Origin: Camelus ferus
Taxonomy: Eukaryota
DNA length: 64,000 bases
NCBI RefSeq assembly: GCF_009834535.1
Contig: NC_045697.1
Location: 83,702,001 to 83,766,000 of the forward strand
Direction: 5' to 3'
Notes under the pieces: model-generated
Databases searched by the model: none
The model's input: only the letters and a program-made list of their open reading frames with translations
What the model was told of the DNA's origin: nothing
Program-made: the position numbers and the translations under genes
Shown here: in pieces, positions 1 through 14,237 of the stretch
Position numbering within the stretch: the first letter of the stretch is position 1
Layout of the letters: each line of letters begins with the position of its first letter

Positions 1-965
1 GCCCTTTATATTTCTGGCCATGAGAAATCTTTCAAAGGCTGCTAGTTATTCTCCAATATTTACTCTCCTTTTCTTCATTAGTAATGGAACCTCCGATTTT
101 TAGGAAGACAATGGCTCTCCAGTATAAAGATCACATTTCCCACCCTCCCTTCCTTCCAGCTGACATAGTTTGTTTTAAAATATGCATAACATAAAATGTA
201 CCATTTTAACCATTTTAAGTGGACAATTCAGTGGCATTAAGTACATTCACACTGTTGTGCAACCATCACCACCATCCATCTCCAGAACTTTTAAATCACC
301 CCAAACTGAAACTCGGTACCCATTTTAGATAATTAAGGTATTTAGGTAAAAGTGTCATGTATCACTTCCAAGAATTATCTATGTTCCACTCCCTCCTTCC
401 TGCTGACTGTAAGGCAGAGGTGATGGCTGGAGCTTGAGAAGCTGTCTTGGTCCATAAGGTACCACACTTAAGAATGAAAGAACAGTAAGCACGAAAGAGC
501 CTGAGGCCCTGATGACTGGGAAACCACCATACCAGCCATAAGCTGATTATCTCTGGTCTCTTGAGAGAGAAATAAACCCTTGTCTTGTTTAAGCCACTCT
601 TATTTTCAGTTCTCTGAAAATACCACCAAATATCTCTTCACTCAAATTTAATTGTACTAAATTTACTTCTCCCACTAGTCAAAGAAGTATCATATTCTAG
701 AATTCCAGATTTCATTGAAGATTGTAACTGCCTGTCAAAGTGATTAATGACTTCAGAAATTGCATTTTCAGCCTCTTTTAGCCTTTTAATTTTTAGACTA
801 GAACATTTTTATTTTTAGTTTGTTTTTCAATGATACTGTATCTATTTCCCATTACTTAAGTTGCCCTTTTCTCATAACATTATAACTATCTTGAGAATTT
901 ACAGCCAAAACAAGAATGTAATTTTCACATATGTAAGTTAGATTTTACTGTCCAAACATAAGGTT

Positions 966-1103
966 TCATGGGAACAAAGCCACACTCATTCCCAACTTAT
1001 TGTCTGTGGCAGCTTTTGCACTACACAAAGGCACAGTTGAGTAGCTGGAAAGTCTAAAATACTCACGATCTGGCCCTTTACAGAAAAAGTTTGTTGACCC
1101 TTG
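966..1103. mobile_element. MER58-like hAT element fragment
   Basis: AGCCACACTCATT...TGGCCCTTTACAGAAAAAGTTTGTTGACCCTTG terminus. Confidence 0.7.
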
Positions 1104-3538
1104 CTCTAGAGGAAAGAGATTAATGAAAGCAAATATGGAAACTGATTTAGAGAACACTGAAAGTTGGAGAACAGAGGAGGAGGAGACAGGATGACTAATG
1201 TAGGTCATGGGGAAGCCAGATAGGAAAGCTTAGGAGAAGGGCAGATTAACAGCCTCCCTGGATCTTTGCCCCGAGATAAACGCTAGGAAAGAAAAACGAT
1301 CTATTAAAGAAAATTTCAGTGGGTATAATTCACTGAGCCAAGATTAGATGCTATTAAAAAACCAGGGACCTATAAGAGAGAATATAAAATTTAACCCCAA
1401 ACTCATAACAGAAACAAAAAATAAACTCCAGATGGTTTACAGACCTAAATAAAGAGAAGGAAAGGAAAGAAGGGAAGGAGGGAGACAGGGAGGAAGAAAG
1501 ATGGCTAAAAAGTTAATAGAATGAAATAATAAGAACATAGTTCTTATAACCTTGGTAAAAAGAAGGATTTCCTGAGCAAGATTTAAAAAAAAAACAGAAG
1601 TCAGAAAACAAAGGCTAAAAAAGTTAAACTTTCTCACATACATTTAAACTACTGTATAGCAAAATACACCATAGAGTCAAAAGTCAAACCAACAAGCTGG
1701 TAAAAATATTTGTAAAATGTAACAGCAATCCAAAAAAAAAAAAAAAAAACCTCCTAGAGATAAATAATAATCACTTATCACTATTATAATAAATGACAAA
1801 ACAACCAACATTAAAATAAAGAGGGTAATGGAGAGGACCAGGCTATTTACAAAAGAAATACCCATGGCTGTGGACCACATGGTAAGATGCTCAGTCTTAT
1901 AATGGTCAAATTAAAACAATACGAATGCATTCTTACATATCATTCATATATTTCCACTAAATATTTAGGCTAAAAGATTACAAACTAAAGGTTTTTTATT
2001 CACCACGAAAAAATAACAAACTAACCCTAAAACATTCATTAGCTGGGAGTGACCTGAGATGGGCCAGGCAGAGTAACTGAAATATATTGTATTTCAAATA
2101 TGTTAAAGATGATATGATAGAGGTCCTAGGAAAAAGGAAAAGGTTGATTATCTCCCTCTGAACAGTGTCCCTTCCTTAAGGGAGGACACAGGATAGGAGC
2201 GTAGAAGCCCCAAACAGTGACTTTGGGGAAAGTTATCTCTGTTATAATGCAGTCTTAAAACACCGCTTGGGTATTTTTATTTTCTTCATTATATATTTCC
2301 ATATGTTCCATTGTTTATGAACATTATTTTAATTATCACAAAAATGTTCAATTAAAATAAACTAATCAGAAAAAACTAGTATAATAAATTTGAGAACGAA
2401 GAAAGAAATATAAACTAGGAAACTACAATGTAATGCAAACTAGGTTTTTAGCTAAGTTTTAAGTTTACTAGAATCAAGAAGATAATATTTACAAATACGT
2501 ACATTCCTTCAGCCGGTCACGAGTACTCCCTAGTGCCCTGGGCTGCACTGGCTTTCAGGAGAACACCAAAGAAACGGATGACGCGGCCATCTGAGAAACT
2601 GTGTAATACTGGGGAAAGCAACATACAGCTCATGCGTTGTTAAAGTCAAACAAGTGCTGTGTGAATTCGATAAAGCTGTGTGTTCTCTGTCCTCATTTTA
2701 TGGAAATTCTTCTTACACCAGGCCTGGCAGTTCATTTGCCGTAATAATCCCGGTGTTGCCTACTTCCTTACCCTATGACCACAAGAGAAATTTGTGGAAT
2801 AGGGGTGCTCTGATCTAATACACTGATTTATTAGGTTATTTTTTGTAAAGCTATTTGACCTACATACATAGCAGCAATCCCCAATAAACACGGAATTGAT
2901 TCATTGTCTGATCCTTATCCAAAACATTCCTAAACCTATTTAGCTAATCTGATTGTACTCATATAAAGTTTGTTTGTTTTCCACAGAAAAAGAGCAAATA
3001 GTACCATCTGACTAACTCAATCCCCCAGCTTAACTACTACTTTGAATAGACACAGACTAGAGTTAGGCAATTCTATTGTGCAGGATAATTACTTGCTAGG
3101 TTATAAAGGATTGATCCTTTGACTGCAAATATCAGTTTGTGACATATGTAATACATGGACAAAAAAATTCATTTTTAATGATCAACAGACTCTGGTCTAA
3201 CAACTTTATGCGCAGTCACTCTTTTAAACCTCCCTACAACCCCATCAAGTTATTAGTCCCAATTTACAGATGAGGAAACTGAGTTCCAGAAGCAAAATAA
3301 TTTGTCCAGGATTACACCACCACTAGCTGGTAAAGCCTGTCTGCCTACGGAGCTGACTCAGAAGCACATTGCTATCCTACCTTCTCCTGGGGCACCTTCA
3401 GTGAGGTGCCAGTAGCACCCCAAATACAGTTTACCTAAAACGTGTTCATCATCATTTTCTTCCTGCAATTAACTTTTCTCTCTTAACTTCCCTATTTCTT
3501 TCATCCCTATATTTATAGTTATTCTTTTGTTGTTGTCA

Positions 3539-3653
3539 GGGGAGGTAACTAGGTTTGTTTGTTTGTTTGTTTATTTGTAATGAAATTACTGGGGATTGAA
3601 CTCAGGACCTTGTGCATGCTAAGCAGGCACTCTACAATTGAGCCATACCCTTC
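3539..3653 (-). mobile_element. tRNA-derived SINE (Vic-1-like)
   Basis: Reverse complement gives GGGTATGGCTCAATTGTAGAGTGCCTGCTTAGCATGCACAAGGTCCTGAGTTCAATCCCCAGT plus an (AAAC)n CCTAGTTACCTCCCC tail, shared with other copies in the window. Confidence 0.85.
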
Positions 3654-6294
3654 TTCCCTGTATTTATTCTTATTAACACCTGGCTATTTTGCAAACCATG
3701 TAACATGATAGAAAAAAATCCTATACTGGAGGCCATAAATCTCAAGATTCTGGTCCTCATTCACAGTATGATTCGGGGGCTTTGAGTAATGTCAGAAGGC
3801 CTAACTTTCTCATTTGTTAAATAAGGCCTCTTTTCTGCTCAATAATTCCACCCACCATATTATCTTTATGGCAATGTTTATAAAGTATTTTAAAAATTAA
3901 CAAACAGTAAAGAAAAAGAAGAAAGAAACATTTTTTTAAAAAATTGAACCAGAAGAATTTTTATTCTGACCACTCGATAATATGGCTCTATATGATAATT
4001 TTATAGCCAAAAAAAAAAAAAAAGGCTAAGAAAAAAGTGCCCAGAAATTGTAAATTCCTATGTAAGTTATGGCATATCCACATAATAAAATATGATGTCA
4101 CAGTTCCAAGCTACACTTTTAAGAGTTTTGCAAAACATAGGAAATGCTTCAATATTAAGTGCACAAAAGGAACGCCAATTCAAATGTCTCCACCTGAAAC
4201 ATCACTTTGTACATATGTATTCTCAAGTTCAATTTTCTAACATCTGGCTGCCTTCCTTCCTGCTCCTCATCTTTCTCTGAGTTCCAGTTAATCAAATTTA
4301 GGTATCTTCAATACAGTAATTCTTTTTGTGTTTTAGGAAGCTTGCCAGCTACCCAAATCTACAGACACCATTAGAAGATGAGGGTCAACAAAGACAGCAT
4401 CTCACAGAGAAACTGTAACCACCACTACAGGGAGGCATGATGTAGTTTCCCTTTGGGAATTCAACACAGCAAGGACAGCTGAGATGAAATTTGCTTAAGA
4501 ACAAATCATAAATTGAGACAAGCAACAATTATTCTGTCTGCTATCAACCGTGTGCCATTAAAGAACATTTCCTCTGAAAGTTCTGTTACTTTAAGTGAGC
4601 AAAACAAATTCAAGAGGAAGAGCAGTTGCAGAATATTGCTTTCCTGCAAGCTTAAAAGAAAAGAAGTATAAACATCAAGTGAAAGAAAAGCAAATGAACA
4701 ATGTCAGCTCAGAGCCTAGAGTATTTATAATAAAAACAAATCTCCACCAAGCTGGATTGTTGGTTATTACATAGGCTTGTGGAGGATCTTTGCTGCTTTG
4801 TATATCTGGAGATATTTATCCTTTTAATCACTTTTCTGAACATGAATCTCCTCATACAAAAGATAGCAATGAGCCAATGCTTGAGAAAGATGTAAACACT
4901 GCACTGAATCCCCACATGTGTTTGACCTTATTATAGTCTTCCTTGTGATTCTAGCTCCACACTCTTGTCATGTAACAGACAATTGTTTGTCAACATGGTC
5001 TTTGTTTAAGAACTGTTTATATCAGTGAAAAAGAAAACCTTCGGCTCTCAAGAAAGAACTCCACAATACAACAAAAATTTTTAGAATCACTGCTATAACT
5101 ATAGATATAATTAAATTGTCATTTAAATTTTCTATGATAGTCAATGTATATTATATACTTCCCATGTGTGCTAGTTGCTTTCTAAACACTAAACCCTCTA
5201 CAACGGGAAATATGTTATAGACGAGGAAACTGCAACTAAGAGATAGTCTGCAATTTTTCTCATCTCTGGAAATAGGACTCAAATTCAGGTCATTCTGAGT
5301 ACAGGGCACATGCTCATGATCTTATGTTATGCCGACTCTGACAGCAACACCTAAACATTTGAGAAAAATTGTTCTTGACAACTGAGACTTAGTCAAAACA
5401 TTTTAAAAATCTAGTCTCAAAACTTAATGAATAACAGTTTTCTCAAAAAGAGCTGGTTGGCCCTATTCCTGACCCACCCAAAGAAAATGACCATACCAGT
5501 CAGATCATACACCACCAGTAATTAAAAGCCCCATGGACACAGGACATTCCATGCTTGTTCCTGTCCCATTCATGAACCATGAAAGAGCAGTTGGGTCCCA
5601 GAATCAGTTACAGGGGGAAATGTAACCTCACGGTTAAGGATTAGGCTGATGCCACCTTACCCCGGTGCTTAATCTTATCCTTACCAACGGAGAAAACCAG
5701 AGCTGTTCTGTGATTCCTGATGAGATGCAAGACGAGTGCACATCACCTGTGATGATTTCTAGCCAAAATACTTGATTTGCTCTAACCAGGCTTTTGGACC
5801 TAAGTCTCCCATTTCAGGAGTTGCAAGAACCAGAGGAGTAAACTGAGAGGAAGAAATGAGACAAACTCAGGAGGTAGGATATTCTCCAGAACAACTGGCT
5901 CAGTCTCTTCAATAAGTCAGTGTCATGGAAAACAAGAGGCTGTTCTAGACTAAGAGAAACTTCAGGGACATCACATGCAGATGCATTGCAAGGTCCTGGA
6001 CTAAATCCTACTTCAGACAAACCATCTGTTGAGGACATGGTGGTAACAACTAGGGGAATTTGAATATGACAGGGTATTAGACAGTTTAAGAATGATTACC
6101 ACTTCTATTAGTTGTGAGAATGATAATTGGGCTATGTAGGACAATGTTCTTATCTTTAAGAGATGCATACTGAAGTATTTAGAGGTAAAATCTTAAAATG
6201 TCTATATTTTACTTTAAAATACTTCAATATTAACACAGTTTTGAAAAAGAGGGGGGTCAGTTGCAAAAACAATTGCAAAAAATTAGTATAAATG

Positions 6295-6394
6295 AGGGGA
6301 CGGTATAGCTCAAGTGGTAGAGTGTGTGCTTAGCATGCATGAGACCAGAGTTCGATCCCCAGTACCTCCTCTAAAAACAAATAAACCTAATTAC

Positions 6395-6426
<32 letters not shown>
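6295..6426 (+). mobile_element. tRNA-derived SINE (Vic-1-like) with (CA)n tail and 13-bp TSD
   Basis: A-box TAGCTCAAGTGG and B-box GTTCGATCCC. TSD ATTAGTATAAATG at 6282-6294 and 6427-6439. Confidence 0.9.
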
Positions 6427-6428
<2 letters not shown>

Positions 6429-7215
6429 TAGTATAAATGGTTCAAGGTTCAAAAATCATGCTTCAGGGCTAAAGATTATGTTTAATTGAACAAAATGATA
6501 CATGGACAGAGAAGCTTTTATCTCAAAAAGCCTCCCCATCAACCCACCCCACCCCCCAGAAAGTGCTAAATAATTTTTTTCAAATTTAAAGTAAAATATC
6601 AACTTTTAAACGATTTTTTAATACAATTTTAGAGACACTTCTAGGCTTGCTATACCAAAGTTCAGAATCACTAAAGATAGGGTTTAGAAGATACAAAATT
6701 ACAACATACTATTCAAAATAGTCACAACTGAGGCAGCATGGAATGTTGATTTTCGTGTTGCTGTCACACGTGCTTCATTTCCGGATCCTGTACAGGAATT
6801 ATTTCCTTTGTACATTAATAAACATCCTTTGTTTAAGCACACACCTAACAAATAAGGAAGCAAAGGTCAAAAGTTGAGGCAGTATCTGGGGGAGAAGAAC
6901 AGAACTTCAGTTAAAACCTAACAACCAGTTTCATCATATGACTTCGATAAGTCGCGACGGCTGCCAGTGCCGGTCATTTCCTGGGAGTTACGGAAAAGTT
7001 CTTGATGAAACGTGGCAAAAAGCTTAGATTCTCAGGGGTGGAAAATCAGCTGAATTCTGATACAAACGGATTAGACTTAAGAGTAAGCAGACATTCTCTT
7101 CAGGGAGCCTACACGCCTCATACAAAGATCAAAAGGTGGCCTTTTCCATTTGTTCAGAGAAATGTGCAATTTAAACACACAGCACCTGCCTTGGCGTACG
7201 GAAATAATAAACTCA

Positions 7216-7452
<237 letters not shown>

Positions 7453-8053
7453 TCAGCCACAAGATCGGCTATATTCCATTTCTTTGCCTTTCTCCATCAT
7501 TAAATAATATTCATCAAGCCACTTCTGTGATATGGCCATACCCGCGTATGTCTGATATATTTTATGGTCATCTCGACCAATTAAAATACTCCAACTTGAA
7601 TTACACTCATCAAATAGCTCTCAAGAGGAAATAGTCTAAATTCACTTTTCCCCAGCAACCTCAGAAACCAGAAAAGCCACACTCAAAACTCCAGCTATTG
7701 GAAACCCATTTGATGTTTTATGGTATTGTGGTGGTGACATTGATTTTTTATGTACAGTAACTTGAGAATTACCAACATGTAATTATTAAGAATGGCACTT
7801 ATGTCTATAACATACTTGTTTTCAACACAGAACTATTTTTACTTTCATAGAAATCAAGTCAAAATTAACATCTAACACATTACAACAAGTTGGTGGACAT
7901 CACAGCCAGCAGCTTCAAAAAACAATATTGGAAATTCATTTTGGTGTGAATCAGTTTAGATTCATTTTCTCTGTGAAGAACCACCCAAGGCTTCCCATTG
8001 CAAAGTCCTTATTAATGCCTACAATGCCCTGATCTAGCTTCGTCAGTTTCTGA

Positions 8054-8056
<3 letters not shown>

Positions 8057-8133
<77 letters not shown>

Positions 8134-8140
8134 CTCTCTC
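8057..8140. repeat. (CT)n microsatellite, interrupted
   Basis: Directly visible CT run with CCCC interruptions. Confidence 0.95.
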
Positions 8141-10084
8141 CCCCCAGCCTAGAATTGAGGACACAGGGAATGCCTTTCCCTTTCATCCGTGTACCTCAGG
8201 TACCCAGCATACATAAGGCATGTAATAAATATTTGTTGACTGACTAGATTGGCAGGTGATAGGGAAAAGCCTAGAAAGGATACCTCAAACAAGGAAAAAT
8301 ATTAGCAATATCTATTAATTCGATTCTGTTTAATAAACAGGTATTAGGCTAGGCATCGGCTGTGTGCAAGGTGTCACATCGGCTGTGTGCAAGGCATTCA
8401 AAGGGGCACCGCACAGACATCACCCACAAGAAGTTCACACCTCAGGACGTGGACAACATGAGTGCAGAAGAGAGACCATCAGAAAGACCCTGCAGGGGTT
8501 CAGAAGCAAGGGGTGCTTGCTCACCATTGGGGTTAGTTAAGGAGTCTATTCTGATGAAGCTGGTAGCCGAAGAGGGCCAAGATGATGGATGGGATTTCAG
8601 AAGTCAGACAGGCAAAGTGAACAGCATAAGCAAAAGCCCAGAAGCACAAAGCTGTATGTGTTTGGGAAACAGCAAGGCAGTCTAATTTTTCTAGAATAAA
8701 GGATGTGAAATGGTAAAAGGTAGAGAGCAGGCAGGGTCTCTATTAGGAAATTCAGTCACACCATTTGCCAAATGCTAATCATTTATCCCCATGAACTATG
8801 CTTCTAATTCCTCACAGTGCAAGCAGCTGTCAATAAACAGTATTTGGATATTCATATTTATAATCAAATATCACACTTGAGCAGGGACTTAGATCAGTGA
8901 AACGGTTGCAGATACTCATATTCTGATATTCGTAATATAGTTTTCTTACATAAGTCCACCGGCACTTCTTCCTTGTAAAAGGGTAAACGAAGCTTCAATA
9001 AACATAACTATTCTCAACATTGTATATTAGCTTCTTGTAATTACTGATGGCTAAATTATGATAAGAAACTTAAATTTGCATGTTTTATGTGTATTTTCAT
9101 TTAGGAAGCTTGGAAAATATAGAAAAAATTATGGAAAAAATGTGTAAGTTTCTTAAATCATTATATTCTTCTCTGCCTCCCTTTCCCTACCACCATGGTA
9201 AGCTTGGAGAAAACAGAAAAACAAAAATTTTTAAGAGGAAATTTAAAATCACCTACAACCTAAAAACGTTATGACCTATTACCTTACATTTTTAATGTCA
9301 TGCTTTATTTTCAAACAGGTAATTTTTCTACTGGTTTTATAAGGAATTGTGAAAATATAGAGACACTCAATGACAAAATTCAGTCAACATCTCACGTCCC
9401 CACAAGAAACACACAAAAAGATCATCTGAAAGAGAAATCAGTAAAGTGTTTGACTTAGGTTTAACTTATGAATAAATAAAACTCCCAGACAGTTTCATTT
9501 AGATTGCTATTTCCTACATCCAGTACTCATATGTGATCTTCCACTTGATAAGTGTTGGAAAAGTAGTAGATGCCAAGTCACTAAATGTAAATTCCAAACT
9601 GAAAGAATGTATTAAAGGTCTACCGCTGTGCCTTAAGGTAGACTCAGTGTTTGCTGACCTGAGCTATTTGCTTTTACATCCTCATTTAATTCACCATAAA
9701 GGCATCTTTTCTCATTCTCACTTCTAATTTATCTCAATCTTCTATATTTTATATATGCTTATAACTAACCTTAAATTTATCTTTGCAACCAGAGTATAAA
9801 CAAGTGGATAGATTATAGAGAAAAGAAGGAGTTTTTTAAAAAGTAGGTAGAGAGCCTGGGAAAAAAAGATTGTTTCCAAGATTTTACTTACTTCACTACT
9901 TGAAAAATGTTAAAACACATTTTTATCAATTAGGCCGAACACAGAATACAAGCAATAATCCACAAAAAGTAGTGCACTGTTGAGCCCAATTCACATCATT
10001 CCTGAAGTAGCAATGTGTAAACATGTACTTGCCAAAAGTAGCACTCCCCAAAGGTGGAGAAGCAAAGGAAGAAAAGGAAAAACT

Positions 10085-10182
10085 GGAGGTGAGGGTATGG
10101 GTCAGTGGTAGAGCGCATGCTTAGCATGCACGAGGTCCTAAATTCAATCCCCAGTAACTCCATTTAAAAAAAAAAAAAAAAT
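10085..10182 (+). mobile_element. tRNA-derived SINE (Vic-1-like, short form with polyA)
   Basis: GTGGTAGAGCGCATGCTTAGCATGCACGAGGTCCTAAATTCAATCCCCAG plus polyA. Flanking repeat GGAAAAACT at 10076-10084 and 10183-10191. Confidence 0.85.
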
Positions 10183-11091
10183 GGAAAAACTAACAAGACG
10201 TCAAGATTTAACACCTTGCCCACCCACAAAAGGACTGCAGCTCTCCAAGCTCACACCTGAACTGTATCCTGCAACACTTCCATTGGTTCTTCCCACCAAT
10301 TTGTTGGAATGACCCTAAACTAGGTCTCTATGTTTTGAGGTAGGAGCTTTTCATTTGCTCCCCTGATACTTACACTCAAACAGAAACCATTGCCCTGGGC
10401 TGGCTGCTGGCATTCTAAGACCTGAGACATCTGGTCATGGGGCATCTCCAAGGAAAATGCAAAAAGGGATACTGTGACAATGTGGTAGCATCAGGTTGTG
10501 GTCACATGTTAAAACAACCATGGTCCCCAGAAAACCCCTCAGCCATTTTGAAAGGCAGCTGTTCCCTCCTCAGCTTCCATTCATATGAACATACACATAC
10601 TTGTACACTGAAACTGTACCTTAATCACCTCATGCTTAGTATACAGTGCTTAGAAGGAGCCCCTATCCAAGGTAGCAACTTGTTTTGTGGAATGTGCTAC
10701 CTACAACTCAAAGGAGAACCCTGGCACCATAATTCTATTCCATTCTATAAAGTGAACATATTTAGTTGCAGTTGCCATATTTTATATTTGGCTTCAAAAT
10801 GATTTTTAACTTGATTCCATAATGATTCTCCACTACCAAAATAAGTGTTTTATACACCATATATAGTATTCCTGTCAGCAAATTAGATAAAACAGAAAAT
10901 ATGTTAAAAGTGAAGTCAAATGGAAATCCAATTGTTAGATGCACTCCTACTGAAGACTATTCATTAGACTGCAGATAGACTATGATGATTCAGACTGATG
11001 TCCATATTTAAACTCTTTTAGGAAATGGTTTAACTGAATCATGCTGAAAACACAACAAAAGTAAAACAAGAGAATAAATATTTCTTTTTAC

Positions 11092-11270
11092 CCTGGGAAA
11101 AGCTGCACGTGACAGCAGCTGCCATCTTCTGAGGGCACACCCCACCCTGCCAGATGTCTTTTTCACAAAGCAGTATATTTTCTTCATCTCCTCGGCAACG
11201 GACATTGCTCCAATAAATGGGAATAAGGCCCAGTCCAGAAAACGGGATTTGTTTTGCTACTCCTCTTCCT
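11092..11270 (-). CDS. PRSS12: Neurotrypsin exon 3 (second half of SRCR1)
   Basis: GRGVAKQIPFSGLGLIPIYWSNVRCRGDEENILLCEKDIWQGGVCPQKMAAAVTCSFSQ(G), within ORF 11039..11332. Acceptor gttcttccAG| at 11271, donor G|GTAAAA at 11091; 179 nt, phase 2 to 1. Confidence 0.96.
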
Positions 11271-12489
11271 CTGGAAGAACAGTGACTGAGGTTAGGTTTA
11301 TCAAAGGTAGGTGAATTGTTATCAAAGCACAAGGATTTTTAAATGGAAGAAATAAAGATGGACATGGAAGAAAAAGAAAAACATAATGGACTATGTAAGT
11401 TCCAAGGATATAGAAACATCAGATCAGAACTTGGGTTGATTACCTATGGCAATCTTTTTAATTAATCTTGAATAACTAATGGTAGACATGTTCCTTTACT
11501 ATCTATGGCTGATTTTAGAAGAAATGGGCAAATACTGCAGATAGAAAGAGGGAGCATGAGTGGCTCTGTGGAAGAAGCATGTCCTGTGGCCCAGTGGGAC
11601 TTGAATTCCAGTCTAAACTCAGCTGCAGATCACTCTAAAGTCTCTCTAAGCACTGTCTCCTAATATTTAAAAAGAGAAGTCTAGAGGCTTGAAGATTCTT
11701 TCCTTCTCCAATATTTTAGGCTAGCATTTTCACAATGATTATTATTACTACATCTAATCAGGATAATAGCAATGGAGGCAACCCATTCACATTTTTAAAA
11801 CCTGCCATATAGTATTTGCTAGAAAGACTTTGAAATCAATTAATAAAATAATAACTCATCTAATCTACGTATTTTAACCTCTGATATGCACAAATTGGCA
11901 CTAAATGTTAAAAGATTCAATGTTTATCTGAATAACATGGTAATCTCTAGAATTATCTCCATGCAACAGCTTCCACTAACCAAACAGTAACTATTTGGGA
12001 AATATCTAAAATATGAATATGTCTTAACAGCAATAAAACTGGGTTATTTTGCTCTTATTGTGTAATTCTTTTTTTTTTTTTAAATGGGTTACTAAGAGAT
12101 GACAGAAGCAATGAAGCAATCAGAGTGGCTTATATCTAAAGTGTATATTTGCAGAAAGATAGTTTAGGTTCTTCCATCAATCAAGAGAGTAGTAACCTAC
12201 TGCTGTGGTTCACATCTCCATCACTGTGTTCTTGTTTTCTTATGTCAGACTCTCACAGGAAACTTCTTTCTTCCCTGGTTTTCAGAGGTAATACAAGCAC
12301 GAGTAGATATGTACAGCCTACAAATGTGTTCCGTCTTCAGGCCCTCAAAAGAAAAGGCATCAAGCCAGCATACCTCATGACCTGCCCACCTGCTAATGAC
12401 TGCTTGCCAGACAAAACACTCATTGATAAAAATCAGTAATTAACAACCTAAATACCACAACACTTTATAGGCTCCCGCCTTACTCCTTT

Positions 12490-12663
12490 TTCTATTGAAG
12501 TATAGTTGATTTATAATGATGTGTTAGTTTCAGGTGTACAGCAAAGTGATTCAGATATACATACATATTCTTTTTCAGATTCTTTTCCACTATCAGTTAT
12601 TAAAGGAAATTGAATATAGTCCCCTGTTATAGTAGGTCCTTGTTGTTTGTCTATTTTATATAT
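12490..12663 (-). mobile_element. Short L1 3' UTR fragment
   Basis: TATTGAAGTATAGTTGATTTATAAT..GTGTTAGTTTCAGGTGTACAGCAAAGTGATTCAG, homologous to 21085-21260. Confidence 0.8.
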
Positions 12664-13417
12664 GCCGTACTCCTTCTTTTATCTGATTTATTCCAAACCT
12701 CATTCTTAAAAATTAGTTAATTAAGTACATTATCCCTATTTGCTGCTCTAATAGCATCAAAAGTCTGAACAAAACTAATGCCCTCAAGGTTTATCTTTTC
12801 TAAATACTCATTTCCCACTTTCCCAGTGGGAAGACAGGAAGCTGGCAAATTAAAATCCTTACTGATTTGACTGGAGTTGACTAACCTTTTCATTTGTGTC
12901 ATCACTTTAGATACTGATTATTAATCCAAAATATTTATAAATTGCAAATCTTTCTTTCAGTATTTTTGACCCGCATTTTTCATAACAAGAATTTTCCATG
13001 CTTTCTAAAGATCTCTGGTGATAAAAGGCCAGGAAAAACAGATGGCATGTCTACTTAGAAAAAAATCAATGAGACACGAAAACAGAACAGTAAGAATAAC
13101 AACAAAAATAAGCCCTTTTGTTCCAAAATGGAAACTTCCGCTCATGGTGAAGCCCCTTGGCACGAGGCACAAAGGTGTAGGGCCTAGTGGAAGTCAGCGT
13201 ACATGGATCTGTTTTAAGGAGAGTGTCTAGGGTCTTGGAAAAGCCTGCAGCGTCTCAGGATGGGGGACGCTGCTGGAGCTGAGGGGAGCTGCCATCTCTC
13301 ACAGGATCTCCTCAGCGCAGAAACCTGCACCACCCCTCACCCGGCACAGGACAAGAGCACAGGTGAACATCGCTTCCTGCACACACACAGAAACGGAATG
13401 TGTGCGTGGCTCAAGGT

Positions 13418-13889
13418 TGCCAACTGAAAATTGTCACTCGTCATCTGGTTCTACAAGAATGAAGTCATGAGCCACCGCAGCCGCAGACCTCCAACACACC
13501 CCGAAAGGAGTCAGGGCAGAGATCAGGAATGAGGCATCTGGTGCTCTGGGAAAACTGGAAGAACAGGCCTTCAGATCGTTAGGTATTTTCAGGATATTTT
13601 ATGAGCCTAATTTTTCCTAACTTCTCATATCTAGAAAAGCACTAAAATCATTAGTGGTGACATCTGCTCCTCGTGACTAGCAGCAACCTTCTGCCAGAAT
13701 GTGTGCTTGACTGCATGTACCCCCTTCACTAAAATCATATGCACACCGACCTCCCCCCACCACCTGCTCAGAGCAGTTTCTCAGAGCTATCTGAGAGGCT
13801 GTCTCCCAGACCATGGTTCTCATCTGACCCTAAACAAAACCTTACTTAACTCCCAGATCTCACACTGTGCACTATTTTTTCAGTCAACA
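13418..13889 (+). mobile_element. ERV1-like solo LTR in PRSS12 intron 2
   Basis: Imperfect inverted termini TGCCAACTGAAAA...TTTTCAGTCAACA. Internal similarity to the 54673 LTR (GAGCAGTTTCTCAGAGCTATCTGAGAGGCTGT vs GAGCAGTCCCTCAGAGTGATCTGGGAGGCTGT). Possible AGGT TSD. Confidence 0.7.
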
Positions 13890-14237
13890 GGTAGAAAAAT
13901 TCCAAGCAACCTCAGGCTGCAAGGGCTACTGAGAAATTACAATTCTTGCTTCCTAGCACTAAACAATTATTTTGTTAAAGTCAAAGACCAAAAGATGCTT
14001 TTAACTTTTGACCACTTAGCATCTGCCCATTTCTTAGTCAGCAAGGGTAGTAAAGTGCACGTATATGTAAAAGAACTCACTCCTTCCATTAGGGGCTCTT
14101 CCTTTACAACTCTGCAGAGCAGAGAGTGAGGGAAGTGAGAATGAGGAAGGAAGATGTAACCTCTCCACCTTAATGATGGAAACAGCATTGCTCTCTGATA
14201 TTAGCAGACTGATTTGGTCAAGGTTGGGGGAACTCAC

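Noticed and set aside
6295..6370. tRNA-like sequences with A and B boxes (also ~3590, 10090, 15910, 32500, 44050)
   Set aside because: Multiple diverged copies with shared non-tRNA tails and TSDs indicate SINE heads, not functional tRNA genes.
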